From: Guillardia theta CCMP2712
Lineage: Eukaryota; Protista; Cryptophyta
Length of the DNA: 32,570 nt
Direction of reading: 5' to 3'
NCBI RefSeq assembly: GCF_000315625.1
Contig: NW_005434594.1
Location: forward strand, 375,946 to 408,515
This document shows, piece by piece, positions 8,844 through 20,002 of this stretch. Position numbers and translations under genes: made by a program. The notes below the pieces were generated by a model, which was given only the letters and a program-made list of their open reading frames with translations, was not told where the DNA came from and searched no databases. How positions within the stretch are numbered: the stretch's first letter is position 1; every line of letters starts with the position of its first letter.

Positions 8844-11294
8844 ATGTCTGCTCCGAGCAGCTCCGAAACTCTGGCTGTGATGCCAATGAAACGGAAGTAC
8901 GAGTTCCTGCAGGAGGTCTGCAGCGAGGATGCTGCGAGGTACCTGATCCTTGCATGTGCTGGTATGAGAAGCTCACTGACGCGTGCTCGCAGCATATGGG
9001 ATCAGACGTGCGGAGACTCTGGTAAGATGACAGACCTCCTCAGCCAGCGCTTTGTGGACTGCAACACATGCTCCTCCCAGCAGCATATCGACGACGACGA
9101 GGAGAAGGAGGAGGAGTCAGGCCGCGAGTACTTCTGCGTGATCTGCCAGGAGACAGACTTTGACATGAGCAACAAGGTGAGCTTGACCTGCCGTCACATG
9201 TTCCATGCCTCTTGCTTCAAGAGGCTGCTTGAGCACGTCCTCCATGACGAGCAAGAGTCCCTGGTGCCCCCTACCTGCCCTCATCCCGGATGCAGCACCA
9301 TAGTCGGCTACAACATCCAAGCTCTGCTCCTCATCTACGCTGACGATGAGCAAGCGCAGCGTCTGCTCAAGGCTCACGATAGCAAGAAGAGCAAGTACGA
9401 CGCTTGGAAGTTGGGTCACCTGCCCTGCTTGTCCCCTTGCTGCCAGGCCGTCTCGAGGCTGGTGTTGATTGGACATGCGGCGAGCGAGGCTACGGTCAAG
9501 TGCGACAGCTGCATGGCCACCTACTGCGCTGCTTGCTCGATGGCGTCCGGAAGCTTGGTTCCCTCCCACATTCTCGTCGGCTGCGAGCAGCGAGTCCTGA
9601 CTGAGGAGGGGTTGCGAGCTCTCGATCAGGTGTACGATGCGACGGGTGATGAGCTGAGACGAATGAGACTGCGCGACCCTCCCGCAGCGCTCAGACGGTA
9701 CCCTCGCCCGCCGCCCGCCGCCCGCGACCCTCGCCCGCCCACAGTTGACGGCAGTCAAACGCATGTGGCGGCAGCAGACACGAGGACGCAGGAGGTCGAG
9801 GCGCAAGGGACCGAGCAGGAAGACAGAGGCGCTGAAGCCCAGCAAGACCCCCGGCTGCGAGCACGACTACTTTGGATGGATCTGTACAGGGGGGAAGACC
9901 GACTGGAGGGCGAGGAACGCCTTGAGCTCCATGAACACGTGCGCTGGAGGATGAGGAGATTTGAGGAGGAAGGCGACTACGTGGACGAGGAGCTGCAGCA
10001 GACTATGCAAGGCATGCGAGACCGGCTCAGCAGCATCAAGAGGAGGGAGGAGCTAGAGATCTCCGCCATTTCCCGGCAGCTCCATGCTCGTCCTGCCGAC
10101 AAGGTCGCCGTCGAACTGCTCGATGCGCGTCTGCGGATCGTCGAGCAGAAGCGTGAGCTGTTCGAGAGCACGCGACAGACGCTCGAGGGCATGATCCGCA
10201 ACCCGGCGGTAGAGGACCCGCAGCACCGTGCTCCGCCGGAGGCGACGACGTCGCTGAGCCTTCAAGACATCCACAGCATGTGCGATAAAGCTTTTCTCAC
10301 CTCCCTGAAGGCGAGGATTAGCAGGATCGCCAGCGGCGAAGAGCGCGAGGAGGCCCGAGCAGAGGCTCGCAGTGACCAGGAGGAGATCGCAAGGACCTCC
10401 AAGCCCTGCACCAAGTGCGGGTACCGCATCGTCAAGATGGGAGGATGCGACCACATGACGTGCAGGAAGTGCCGGCACGAGTTCTGCTGGAGGTGCCTCA
10501 AACCAACGATCGACCACTTCCACAGCAGCTGTCAGGGGAAGCCAGACCTGCTGTCGTTCTCTGAGGAGCTACAGCCTGCCATCAAGGACGTCATCGACAA
10601 GTACCGCGGAGTCGAGTCGCCTATCGAGAGCAGCCTAGTCGAGTACGCGCACAGGCACTTGGCTCCCGGCCAGCCTGTCGACGAGGACAGGAAGAGAGCG
10701 GACTCGCAGCGGATCTCCGCAATGCTGGAGCGGCGCGAGCCCTTCATGCTCAGATACTTCGACCCCCGCGAGGTCAGACGCAGAGCGGAGATGAGGAGAC
10801 TGCAGGATATGCAGCGGGAGGTTGAGCAAGAGAGGATCGCCTGCTCCTTTGTGCTCCGTCAAGTCCGCGACAGCAGTCGCAGCCCCGTCAGCAAGGACGC
10901 AGCCCTCCGAGTCTGCTCGGACCCCTCCAAGCAGTACCTCAAGTACCGGGCCGCCAAGCGCAGCCTCTTGGACGCGCAGGAGAAGATGAGGAGGGAGACA
11001 CGTGAAGCCCCGGCTGACTACGTCGAGCGTCAGCGCCGCATGATCGACTGTCAGTGCCACGTCATCGACGTGGATCTTGCTCGCCTGGAGATGCAGAAGC
11101 AAGCTTGCGTCCTCATGGGCATGGACGTGCCTCCCTGGCTCCTGTCATGCTCCGAGCGGCTCTCGGATGCCAAGGAGCAGCAGGCGCAAGACATCAGCCA
11201 GGCTGTCTGCACCAGGACCTTTCTGGACGCTCATCGAGACTACATGCTCTCGAGGATGAGCCAACGAGTAGAGCCGAGAGTCCTAGAATGGTGA
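8844..11294 (+). CDS. RBR (RING1-IBR-RING2) E3 ubiquitin ligase, Ariadne-like, copy 1 (816 aa)
   Basis: RING1 CVIC..CRHMFHASC..CPHPGC (9135-9293), IBR CLSPCC..CDSC...YCAAC..H....C (9426-9584), RING2 KPCTKC..IVKMGGCDHMTCRKCRHEFCWRC (10407-10532) with the catalytic Cys at 10446. The start is set at the first ATG shared by all copies (MSAPSSSETL). Confidence 0.9.
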   Translation: MSAPSSSETLAVMPMKRKYEFLQEVCSEDAARYLILACAGMRSSLTRARSIWDQTCGDSGKMTDLLSQRFVDCNTCSSQQHIDDDEEKEEESGREYFCVICQETDFDMSNKVSLTCRHMFHASCFKRLLEHVLHDEQESLVPPTCPHPGCSTIVGYNIQALLLIYADDEQAQRLLKAHDSKKSKYDAWKLGHLPCLSPCCQAVSRLVLIGHAASEATVKCDSCMATYCAACSMASGSLVPSHILVGCEQRVLTEEGLRALDQVYDATGDELRRMRLRDPPAALRRYPRPPPAARDPRPPTVDGSQTHVAAADTRTQEVEAQGTEQEDRGAEAQQDPRLRARLLWMDLYRGEDRLEGEERLELHEHVRWRMRRFEEEGDYVDEELQQTMQGMRDRLSSIKRREELEISAISRQLHARPADKVAVELLDARLRIVEQKRELFESTRQTLEGMIRNPAVEDPQHRAPPEATTSLSLQDIHSMCDKAFLTSLKARISRIASGEEREEARAEARSDQEEIARTSKPCTKCGYRIVKMGGCDHMTCRKCRHEFCWRCLKPTIDHFHSSCQGKPDLLSFSEELQPAIKDVIDKYRGVESPIESSLVEYAHRHLAPGQPVDEDRKRADSQRISAMLERREPFMLRYFDPREVRRRAEMRRLQDMQREVEQERIACSFVLRQVRDSSRSPVSKDAALRVCSDPSKQYLKYRAAKRSLLDAQEKMRRETREAPADYVERQRRMIDCQCHVIDVDLARLEMQKQACVLMGMDVPPWLLSCSERLSDAKEQQAQDISQAVCTRTFLDAHRDYMLSRMSQRVEPRVLEW

Positions 11295-12698
11295 CCGTCG
11301 GACCGAGCGACAAGGCAGCGAGACTAGGAGAGCAGCAGAGCTCTGCAGGACTTTGAGGACGAGCGGTCAGGGACAGTAGTACCCCGAGCCTGCAAGGTTG
11401 GAAGTCATCTTTGAGCTCTTAACGTGACTGCGCTACTCAATACATAGAGAAACAAGTTGAATGAGGCCTGAGGGGAGGGGCCGCTGACTCTAATCAGCCA
11501 TCATGGCAGCAGCGAACTGACACAGTCTGAGCCATCTGAGCCTGAAGAGAAACTAACAAGGATCCCCCTAGTGACGGCGAGTGAAGCGGGAAGACTCAGA
11601 GGCTCAAGCAGAGACTCATGATTGTCGGAGCCACGGTTGAGGCGGCGGGGGGCGGGCGCGCGGTCCGGGGATCGGACTTTGGCACCGTACTGTACTACGG
11701 TACCCAGTGACGGTACGGTAGCCAGTGCGGCGGAGTCCCGGGGGCGGCCTGCCCGCCGCGGCCCGGGGAGTTGCCCAGCCGGGCCGGTGACCGGCGTCAC
11801 AGTCACTACGCCGCCGGGCCCCGGCGGCGTACAATAGTCCCTCCTAGGCTCCAGCGGTCGCCGTTTCTTAAGTTACTATACTCAAAGTTAAGTTAATCAT
11901 TGGCATCAGTACGATAATGTTGATTATGCGAAGAACCATTCCGAGGCTCCCGCGCAATGCCAGCGATGTCCGGTGATCGCTGTGCCAGGCGAGCCGACGA
12001 GTCAGAGCGGGCGGCGGCCCGGCCCGGGAACTTGAACCGTCAAGGTCCGTACGGCGTCCGGTCACCGTCCGACTTCGCGGCCGGCCGGGTTCCGGGCCGG
12101 GGGGATCTTCGGAACTTAGTTCGGCGCCGGGGCCCGGGCCGTCCCGGACTCAGGGCCCGGATTCATGTTGCGGGCGCCCTCGGACACTCAAGTGACTATC
12201 AGCCTTAAACTTGAGTAAAGGATCCGAGACGGTGGTGGGTTTAGTTAGGGTTTAAGTTCAGTCCCACAAACAACTTGACCACAAGAGCAAGTTCCACTTG
12301 GATCTTCCTGGTACTACCCCCTACCCCCTACTTGTCCCCAGGATCGCTGCTTCGTTCTCCTTATTCTCTTGCCTATATATACCTGTGGAAACATCACCTT
12401 GCGCTGACTGCAAAAATACCCTACCTCCTTACCTTGCCTCAATCAACTACCTACCTCCCGTCTCTTCATACCCCCCACCCCTACATATCTCTCTCCCCAC
12501 CCCTCTAGACCCACCATTTCTTACCTACAGTTTCCCTTGGTATATCCGATCCCAACCTGCTTCCCGCTCCAAGCAAACCCCCTGCTCGAGCTCCCTCCCT
12601 CTACATCTCCCTCCCTTCCCTATCTTCGGCTCTTCTTCAATCAAGATCTTCATAGCTCTCCTACTTGCATTTGCGATCAGAAAGCCTCTTCCTCCTCC

Positions 12699-15161
12699 AT
12701 GTCTGCTCCGAGCAGCTCCGAAACTCTGGCTGTGATGCCAATGAAACGGAAGTACGAGTTCCTGCAGGAGGTCTGCAGCGAGGATGCTGCGAGGTACCTA
12801 ATCCTTGCATGTGCTGGTATGAGAAGCTCACTGACGCGCGCTCGCAGCATATGGGATCAGACGTGCGGAGACTCTGGTAAGATGACAGACCTCCTCAGCC
12901 AGCGCTTTGTGGACTGCAACACATGCTCCTCTCAGCAGCATATCGACGACGACGACGAGGACGAGGAGGAGGAGTCAGGCCGCGAGTACTTCTGCGTGAT
13001 CTGCCAGGAGACAGACTTTGACATGAGCAACAAGGTGAGCTTGACCTGCCGTCACATGTTCCATGCCTCTTGCTTCAAGAGGCTGCTGGAGCACGTCCTC
13101 CATGACGAGCAAGAGTCCCTGGTGCCCCCTACCTGCCCTCATCCCGGATGCAGCACCATAGTCGGCTACAACATCCAAGCTCTGCTCCTCATCTACGCTG
13201 ACGATGAGCAAGCGCAGAGTCTGCTCAAGGCTTACGATAGCAAGAAGAGCAAGTACGACTCTTGGAAGTTGGGTCACCTGCCCTGCTTGTCCCCTTGCTG
13301 CCAGGCCGTCTCGAGGCTGGTGTTGATTGGACATGCGGCGAGCGAGGCTACGGTCAAGTGCGACAGCTGCATGGCCACCTACTGCGCTGCTTGCTCGATG
13401 GCGTCCGGAAGCTTGGTTCCCTCCCACATTCTCGTCGACTGCGAGCAGCGAGTCCTGACTGAGGAGGGGTTGCGAGCTCTCGATCAGGTGTACGATGCGA
13501 CGGGTGATGAGCTGAGACGAATGAGACTGCGCGACCCTCCCGCAGCGCTCAGACGGTACCCTCGTCCGCCGCCCGCCGCCCGCGACCATCGCCCGCCCAC
13601 AGTTGACGGCAGTCAAACGCATGTGGCAGCAGCAGACACGAGTACGCAGGAGGTCGAGGCGCAAGGGACCGAAGCAGGCAAACAGAGGCGGCTGAAGCCC
13701 AAACAAAGACCCCCGGCTCAGAGCACGATACTTTGGATGAATCTGTTACAGGGGGGGAAGACCGACTGGAGGGCGAGGAACGCCCTTGAGCTCCATGAAC
13801 ACGTGCGCTGGAGGATGAGGGAGATTTGAGGAGGAAGGCGACTACGTGGACGAGGAGCTGCAGCAGACTATGCAAGGCATGCGAGACCGGCTCAGCAGCA
13901 TCAAGAGGAGGGGAGGAGCTAGAGATCTCCCGCCATTTCCCGGCAGCTCCATGCTCGTCCAGCCGACAAGGTCGCCGTCGAACTGCTCGATGCGCGTCTG
14001 CGGATCGTCGAGCAGAAGCGTGAGCTGTTCGACAGCACGCGACAGACGCTCGAGGGCATGGTCCGCAACCCGGCGGTAGAGGACCCGCAGCACCATGCTC
14101 CGCCGGAGGCGACGACGTCGCTGAGCCTTCAAGACATCCACAGCATGTGCGATAAAGCTTTTCTCACCTCCCTGAAGGCGAGGATTAGCAGGATCGCCAG
14201 CGGCGAAGAGCGCGAGGAGGCCCGAGCAGAGGCTCGCAGTGACCAGGAGGAGATCGCAAGGACCTCCAAGCCCTGCACCAAGTGCGGGTACCGCATCGTC
14301 AAGATGGGAGGATGCGACCACATGACGTGCAGGAAGTGCCGGCACGAGTTCTGCTGGAGGTGCCTCAAACCAACGATCGACCACTTCCACAGCAGCTGTC
14401 AGGGGAAGCCAGACCTGCTGTCGTTCTCTGAGGAGCTACAGCCTGCCATCAAGGACGTCATCGACAAGTACCGCGGAGTCGAGTCGCCTATCGAGAGCAG
14501 CCTAGTCGAGTACGCGCACAGGCACTTGGCTCCCGGCCAGCCTGTCGACGAGGACAGGAAGAGAGCGGACTCGCAGCGGATCTCCGCAATGCTGGAGCGG
14601 CGCGAGCCCTTCATGCTCAGATACTTCGACCCCCGCGAGGTCAGACGCAGAGCGGAGATGAGGAGACTGCAGGGATATGCAGCGGGAGGTGAGCAAGAGA
14701 GGATCGCCTGCTCCTTTGTGCTCCGTCAAGTCCGCGACAGCAGTCGCAGCCCCATCAGCAAGGACGCAGCCCTCCGAGTCTGCTCGGACCCCTCCAAGCA
14801 GTACCTCAAGTACCGGGCCGCCAAGCGCAGCCTCTTGGACGCGCAGGAGAAGATGAGGAGGGAGACACGTGAAGCCCCGGCTGACTACGTCGAGCGTCAG
14901 CGCCGCATGATCGACTGTCAGTGCCACGTCATCGACGTGGATCTTGCTCGCCTGGAGATGCAGAAGCAAGCTTGCGTCCTCATGGGCATGGACGTGCCTC
15001 CCTGGCTCCTGTCATGCTCCGAGCGGCTCTCAGATGCCAAGGAGCAGCAGGCGCAAGACATCAGCCAGGCTGTCTGCACCAGGACCTTTCTGGACGCTCA
15101 TCGAGACTACATGCTCTCGAGGATGAGCCAACGTGTAGAGCCGAGAGTCCTAGAATGGTGA
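12699..15161 (+). pseudogene. RBR E3 ligase copy 2, frameshifted (pseudogene or sequencing-error artefact)
   Basis: Split into track ORFs 12537..13829 and 14058..15161 by a cluster of mostly 1-bp insertions at ~13670-13935, plus a compensating +1/-1 pair at ~14672-14690. Confidence 0.6.
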
Positions 15162-16601
15162 CCGTCGGACCGAGCGACAAGGCAGCGAGACTAGGAGAGC
15201 AGCAGAGCTCTGCAGGACTTTGAGGACGAGCGGTCAGGGACAGTAGTACCCCGAGCCTGCAAGGTTGGAAGTCATCTTTTGAGCCCTTAACGTGACTGCG
15301 CTACTCAATACATAGAGAAACAAGTTGAATGAGGCCTGAGGGGAGGGGCCGCTGACTCTATTCAGCCATCATGGCAGCAGCGAACTGAAAGAGTCTGAGC
15401 CGTCTGAGCCTGAAGAGAAACTAACAAGGATCCCCCTAGTGACGGCGAGTGAAGCGGGAAGACTCAGAGGCTCAAGCAGAGACTCATGATTGTCGGAGCC
15501 ACGGTTGAGGCGGCGGGGGGGCGCGCGGTCCGGGGATCGGACTTTGGCACCGTACTGTACTACGGTACCCAGTGACGGTACGGTAGCCAGTGCGGCGGAG
15601 TCCCGGGGGCGGCCTGCCCGCCGCGGCCCGGGGAGTTGCCCAGCCGGGCGGCCCGGCGCCGCCTGTGCCGGTGCCGGGCCGGTGACCGGCGTCACAGTCA
15701 CTACGCCGCCGGGCCCCGGCGGCGTACAATAGTCCCTCCTAGGCTCCAGCGGTCGCCGTTTCTTAAGTTACTATACTCAAAGTTAAGTTAATCAGCAGTA
15801 CGATAATGTTGATTATGCGCAGAACCATTCTCCCGCGCAATGCCAGCGATGTCCAGTGATCGCTGTGCCAGGCGGGCCGACGAGTCAGAGCGGGCGGCGG
15901 CCCGGCCCGGGAACTTGAACCGTCACTGAGTCAAGGTCCGTACCGTCTGGTCACCGTCCGCCGTCGGCGGCCGGCCGGGTTCCGGGCCGGGGGGATCTTC
16001 GGAACTTAGTTCGGCGCCGGGGCCCGGGCCGTCCCGGACTCAGGGCCCGGATTCATGTTGCGGGCGCCCTCGGACACTCAAGTGACTATCAGCCTTAAAC
16101 TTCAGTAAAGGATCCGAGACGGTGGTGGGTTTAGTTAGGGTTTAAGTTCAGTCCCACAAACAACTTTGAGACTCGGCTGGAAGGCAAGAGCGAGTTCCAC
16201 TTGGATCTTCCTGGTACTACCCCCTACCCCCTACTTGTCCCCAGGATCGCTGCTTAGTTCTCCTTATTCTCTTGCCTATACTGGTTGATCTATCTCCTTG
16301 CGCTGAGTGCAAAAACACCCTACCTCCTTACCTTGCCTCAATCAACTACCTACCTCCCGTCTCTTCATACCCCCCACCCCTACATATCTCTCTCCCCACC
16401 CCTCTAGACCCACCATTTCTTACCTACAGATTCCCTCCTTCCTTGGTATATCCCCCAACCTGCTTCCCGCTCCAAGCAAACCCCCTGCTCGAGCTCCCTC
16501 CCTCTACATCTCCCTCCCTTCCCTATCTTCAGCTCTTCTTCAATCAAGGTCTTCATAGCTCTCCTACTTGCATTTGCGATCAAAAAGCCTCTTCCTCCTC
16601 C

Positions 16602-19058
16602 ATGTCTGCTCCGAGCAGCTCCGAAACTCTGGCTGTGATGCCAATGAAACGGAAGTACGAGTTCCTGCAGGAGGTCTGCAGCGAGGATGCTGCGAGGTAC
16701 CTGATCCTTGCATGTGCTGGTATGAGAAGCTCACTGACGCGTGCTCGCAGCATATGGGATCAGACGTGCGGAGACTCTGGTAAGATGACAGACCTCCTCA
16801 GCCAGCGCTTTGTGGACTGCAACACATGCTCCTCCCAGCAGCATATCGACGACGACGACGACGAGGACGAGGAGGAGGAGTCAGGCCGCGAGTACTTCTG
16901 CGTGATCTGCCAGGAGACAGACTTTGACATGAGCAACAAGGTGAGCTTGACCTGCCGTCACATGTTCCATGCCTCTTGCTTCAAGAGGCTGCTTGAGCAC
17001 GTCCTCCATGACGAGCAAGAGTCCCTGGTGCCCCCTACCTGCCCTCATGCCGGATGCAGCACCATAGTCGGCTACAACATCCAAGCTCTGCTCCTCATCT
17101 ACGCTGACGATGAGCAAGCGCAGCGTCTGCTCAAGGCTCACGATAGCAAGAAGAGCAAGTACGACGCTTGGAAGTTGGGTCACCTGCCCTGCTTGTCCCC
17201 TTGCTGCCAGGCCGTCTCGAGGCTGGTGTTGATTGGACATGCGGCGAGCGAGGCTACGGTCAAGTGCGACAGCTGCATGGCCACCTACTGCGCTGCTTGC
17301 TCGATGGCGTCCGGAAGCTTGGTTCCCTCCCACATTCTCGTCGGCTGCGAGCAGCGAGTCCTGACTGAGGAGGGGTTGCGAGCTCTCGATCAGGTGTACG
17401 ATGCGACGGGTGATGAGCTGAGACGAATGAGACTGCGCGACCCTCCCGCAGCGCTCAGACGGTACCCTCGCCCGCCGCCCGCCGCCCGCGACCCTCGCCC
17501 GCCCACAGTTGACGGCAGTCAAACGCATGTGGCGGCAGCAGACACGAGGACGCAGGAGGTCGAGGCGCAAGGGACCGAGCAGGCAAACAGAGGCGCTGAA
17601 GCCCAGCAAGACCCCCGGCTGCGAGCACGACTACTTTGGATGGATCTGTACAGGGGGGAAGACCGACTGGAGGGCGAGGAACGCCTTGAGCTCCATGAAC
17701 ACGTGCGCTGGAGGATGAGGAGATTTGAGGAGGAAGGCGACTACGTGGACGAGGAGCTGCAGCAGACTATGCAAGGCATGCGAGACCGGCTCAGCAGCAT
17801 CAAGAGGAGGGAGGAGCTAGAGATCTCCGCCATTTCCCGGCAGCTCCATGCTCGTCCTGCCGACAAGGTCGCCGTCGAACTGCTCGATGCGCGTCTGCGG
17901 ATCGTCGAGCAGAAGCGAGAGCTGTTCGAGAGCACGCGACAGACGCTCGAGGGCATGATCCGCAACCCGGCGGTAGAGGACCCGCAGCACCGTGCTCCGC
18001 CGGAGGCGACGACGTCGCTGAGCCTTCAAGACATCCACAGCATGTGCGATAAAGCTTTTCTCACCTCCCTGAAGGCGAGGATTAGCAGGATCGCCAGCGG
18101 CGAAGAGCGCGAGGAGGCCCGAGCAGAGGCTCCCAGTGACCAGGAGGAGATCGCAAGGACCTCCAAGCCCTGCACCAAGTGCGGGTATCGCATCGTCAAG
18201 ATGGGAGGATGCGACCACATGACGTGCAGGAAGTGCCGGCACGAGTTCTGCTGGAGGTGCCTCAAACCAACGATCGACCACTTCCACAGCAGCTGTCAGG
18301 GGAAGCCAGACCTGCTGTCGTTCTCTGAGGAGCTACAGCCTGCCATCAAGGACGTCATCGACAAGTACCGCGGAGTCGAGTCGCCTATCGAGAGCAGCCT
18401 AGTCGAGTACGCGCACAGGCACTTGGCTCCCGGCCAGCCTGTCGACGAGGACAGGAAGAGAGCGGACTCGCAGCGGATCTCCGCAATGCTGGAGCGGCGC
18501 GAGCCCTTCATGCTCAGATACTTCGACCCCCGCGAGGTCAGACGCAGAGCGGAGATGAGGAGACTGCAGGATATGCAGCGGGAGGTTGAGCAAGAGAGGA
18601 TCGCCTGCTCCTTTGTGCTCCGTCAAGTCCGCGACAGCAGTCGCAGCCCCATCAGCAAGGACGCAGCCCTCCGAGTCTGCTCGGACCCCTCCAAGCAGTA
18701 CCTCAAGTACCGGGCCGCCAAGCGCAGCCTCTTGGACGCGCAGGAGAAGATGAGGAGGGAGACACGTGAAGCCCCGGTTGACTACGTCGAGCGTCAGCGC
18801 CGCATGATCGACTGTCAGTGCCACGTCATCGACGTGGATCTTGCTCGCCTGGAGATGCAGAAGCAAGCTTGCGTCCTCATGGGCATGGACGTGCCTCCCT
18901 GGCTCCTGTCATGCTCCGAGCGGCTCTCAGATGCCAAGGAGCAGCAGGCGCAAGACATCAGCCAGGCTGTCTGCACCAGGACCTTTCTGGACGCTCATCG
19001 AGACTACATGCTCTCGAGGATGAGCCAACGTGTAGAGCCGAGAGTCCTAGAATGGTGA
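16602..19058 (+). CDS. RBR E3 ubiquitin ligase copy 3 (818 aa)
   Basis: Intact ORF with the same RING1/IBR/RING2 motifs as copy 1. Confidence 0.9.
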   Translation: MSAPSSSETLAVMPMKRKYEFLQEVCSEDAARYLILACAGMRSSLTRARSIWDQTCGDSGKMTDLLSQRFVDCNTCSSQQHIDDDDDEDEEEESGREYFCVICQETDFDMSNKVSLTCRHMFHASCFKRLLEHVLHDEQESLVPPTCPHAGCSTIVGYNIQALLLIYADDEQAQRLLKAHDSKKSKYDAWKLGHLPCLSPCCQAVSRLVLIGHAASEATVKCDSCMATYCAACSMASGSLVPSHILVGCEQRVLTEEGLRALDQVYDATGDELRRMRLRDPPAALRRYPRPPPAARDPRPPTVDGSQTHVAAADTRTQEVEAQGTEQANRGAEAQQDPRLRARLLWMDLYRGEDRLEGEERLELHEHVRWRMRRFEEEGDYVDEELQQTMQGMRDRLSSIKRREELEISAISRQLHARPADKVAVELLDARLRIVEQKRELFESTRQTLEGMIRNPAVEDPQHRAPPEATTSLSLQDIHSMCDKAFLTSLKARISRIASGEEREEARAEAPSDQEEIARTSKPCTKCGYRIVKMGGCDHMTCRKCRHEFCWRCLKPTIDHFHSSCQGKPDLLSFSEELQPAIKDVIDKYRGVESPIESSLVEYAHRHLAPGQPVDEDRKRADSQRISAMLERREPFMLRYFDPREVRRRAEMRRLQDMQREVEQERIACSFVLRQVRDSSRSPISKDAALRVCSDPSKQYLKYRAAKRSLLDAQEKMRRETREAPVDYVERQRRMIDCQCHVIDVDLARLEMQKQACVLMGMDVPPWLLSCSERLSDAKEQQAQDISQAVCTRTFLDAHRDYMLSRMSQRVEPRVLEW

Positions 19059-19300
19059 CCGTCGGACCGAGCGACAAGGCAGCGAGACTAGGAGAGCAGC
19101 AGAGCTCTGCAGGACTTTGAGGACGAGCGGTCAGGGACAGTAGTGCCCCGAGCCTGCAAGGTTGGAAGTCATCTTTTGAGCTCTTAACGTGACTGCGCTA
19201 CTCAATACATAGAGAAACAAGTTGAATGAGGCCTGAGGGGAGGGGCCGCTGACTCTATTCAGAAGTTCTATGTCTAAGGTCGAACTGAAAGAGTTTGAGC

Positions 19301-20002
19301 NNNNNNNNNNNNNNNNNNNNNNNNNNNNNNNNNNNNNNNNNNNNNNNNNNNNNNNNNNNNNNNNNNNNNNNNNNNNNNNNNNNNNNNNNNNNNNNNNNNN
19401 NNNNNNNNNNNNNNNNNNNNNNNNNNNNNNNNNNNNNNNNNNNNNNNNNNNNNNNNNNNNNNNNNNNNNNNNNNNNNNNNNNNNNNNNNNNNNNNNNNNN
19501 NNNNNNNNNNNNNNNNNNNNNNNNNNNNNNNNNNNNNNNNNNNNNNNNNNNNNNNNNNNNNNNNNNNNNNNNNNNNNNNNNNNNNNNNNNNNNNNNNNNN
19601 NNNNNNNNNNNNNNNNNNNNNNNNNNNNNNNNNNNNNNNNNNNNNNNNNNNNNNNNNNNNNNNNNNNNNNNNNNNNNNNNNNNNNNNNNNNNNNNNNNNN
19701 NNNNNNNNNNNNNNNNNNNNNNNNNNNNNNNNNNNNNNNNNNNNNNNNNNNNNNNNNNNNNNNNNNNNNNNNNNNNNNNNNNNNNNNNNNNNNNNNNNNN
19801 NNNNNNNNNNNNNNNNNNNNNNNNNNNNNNNNNNNNNNNNNNNNNNNNNNNNNNNNNNNNNNNNNNNNNNNNNNNNNNNNNNNNNNNNNNNNNNNNNNNN
19901 NNNNNNNNNNNNNNNNNNNNNNNNNNNNNNNNNNNNNNNNNNNNNNNNNNNNNNNNNNNNNNNNNNNNNNNNNNNNNNNNNNNNNNNNNNNNNNNNNNNN
20001 NN
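19301..20002. other. Assembly gap (702 N) covering the third spacer
   Basis: Run of N. Confidence 1.

Noticed and set aside
9117-11102. Antisense ORFs of 242, 156 and 155 aa repeated in each unit
   Set aside because: Shadow ORFs of a GC-rich coding strand; they recur only because the whole unit is duplicated and show no recognisable domain.
19261-19300. Divergent 3' sequence of copy 3 next to the gap
   Set aside because: Adjacent to a contig end and most likely low-quality base calls.
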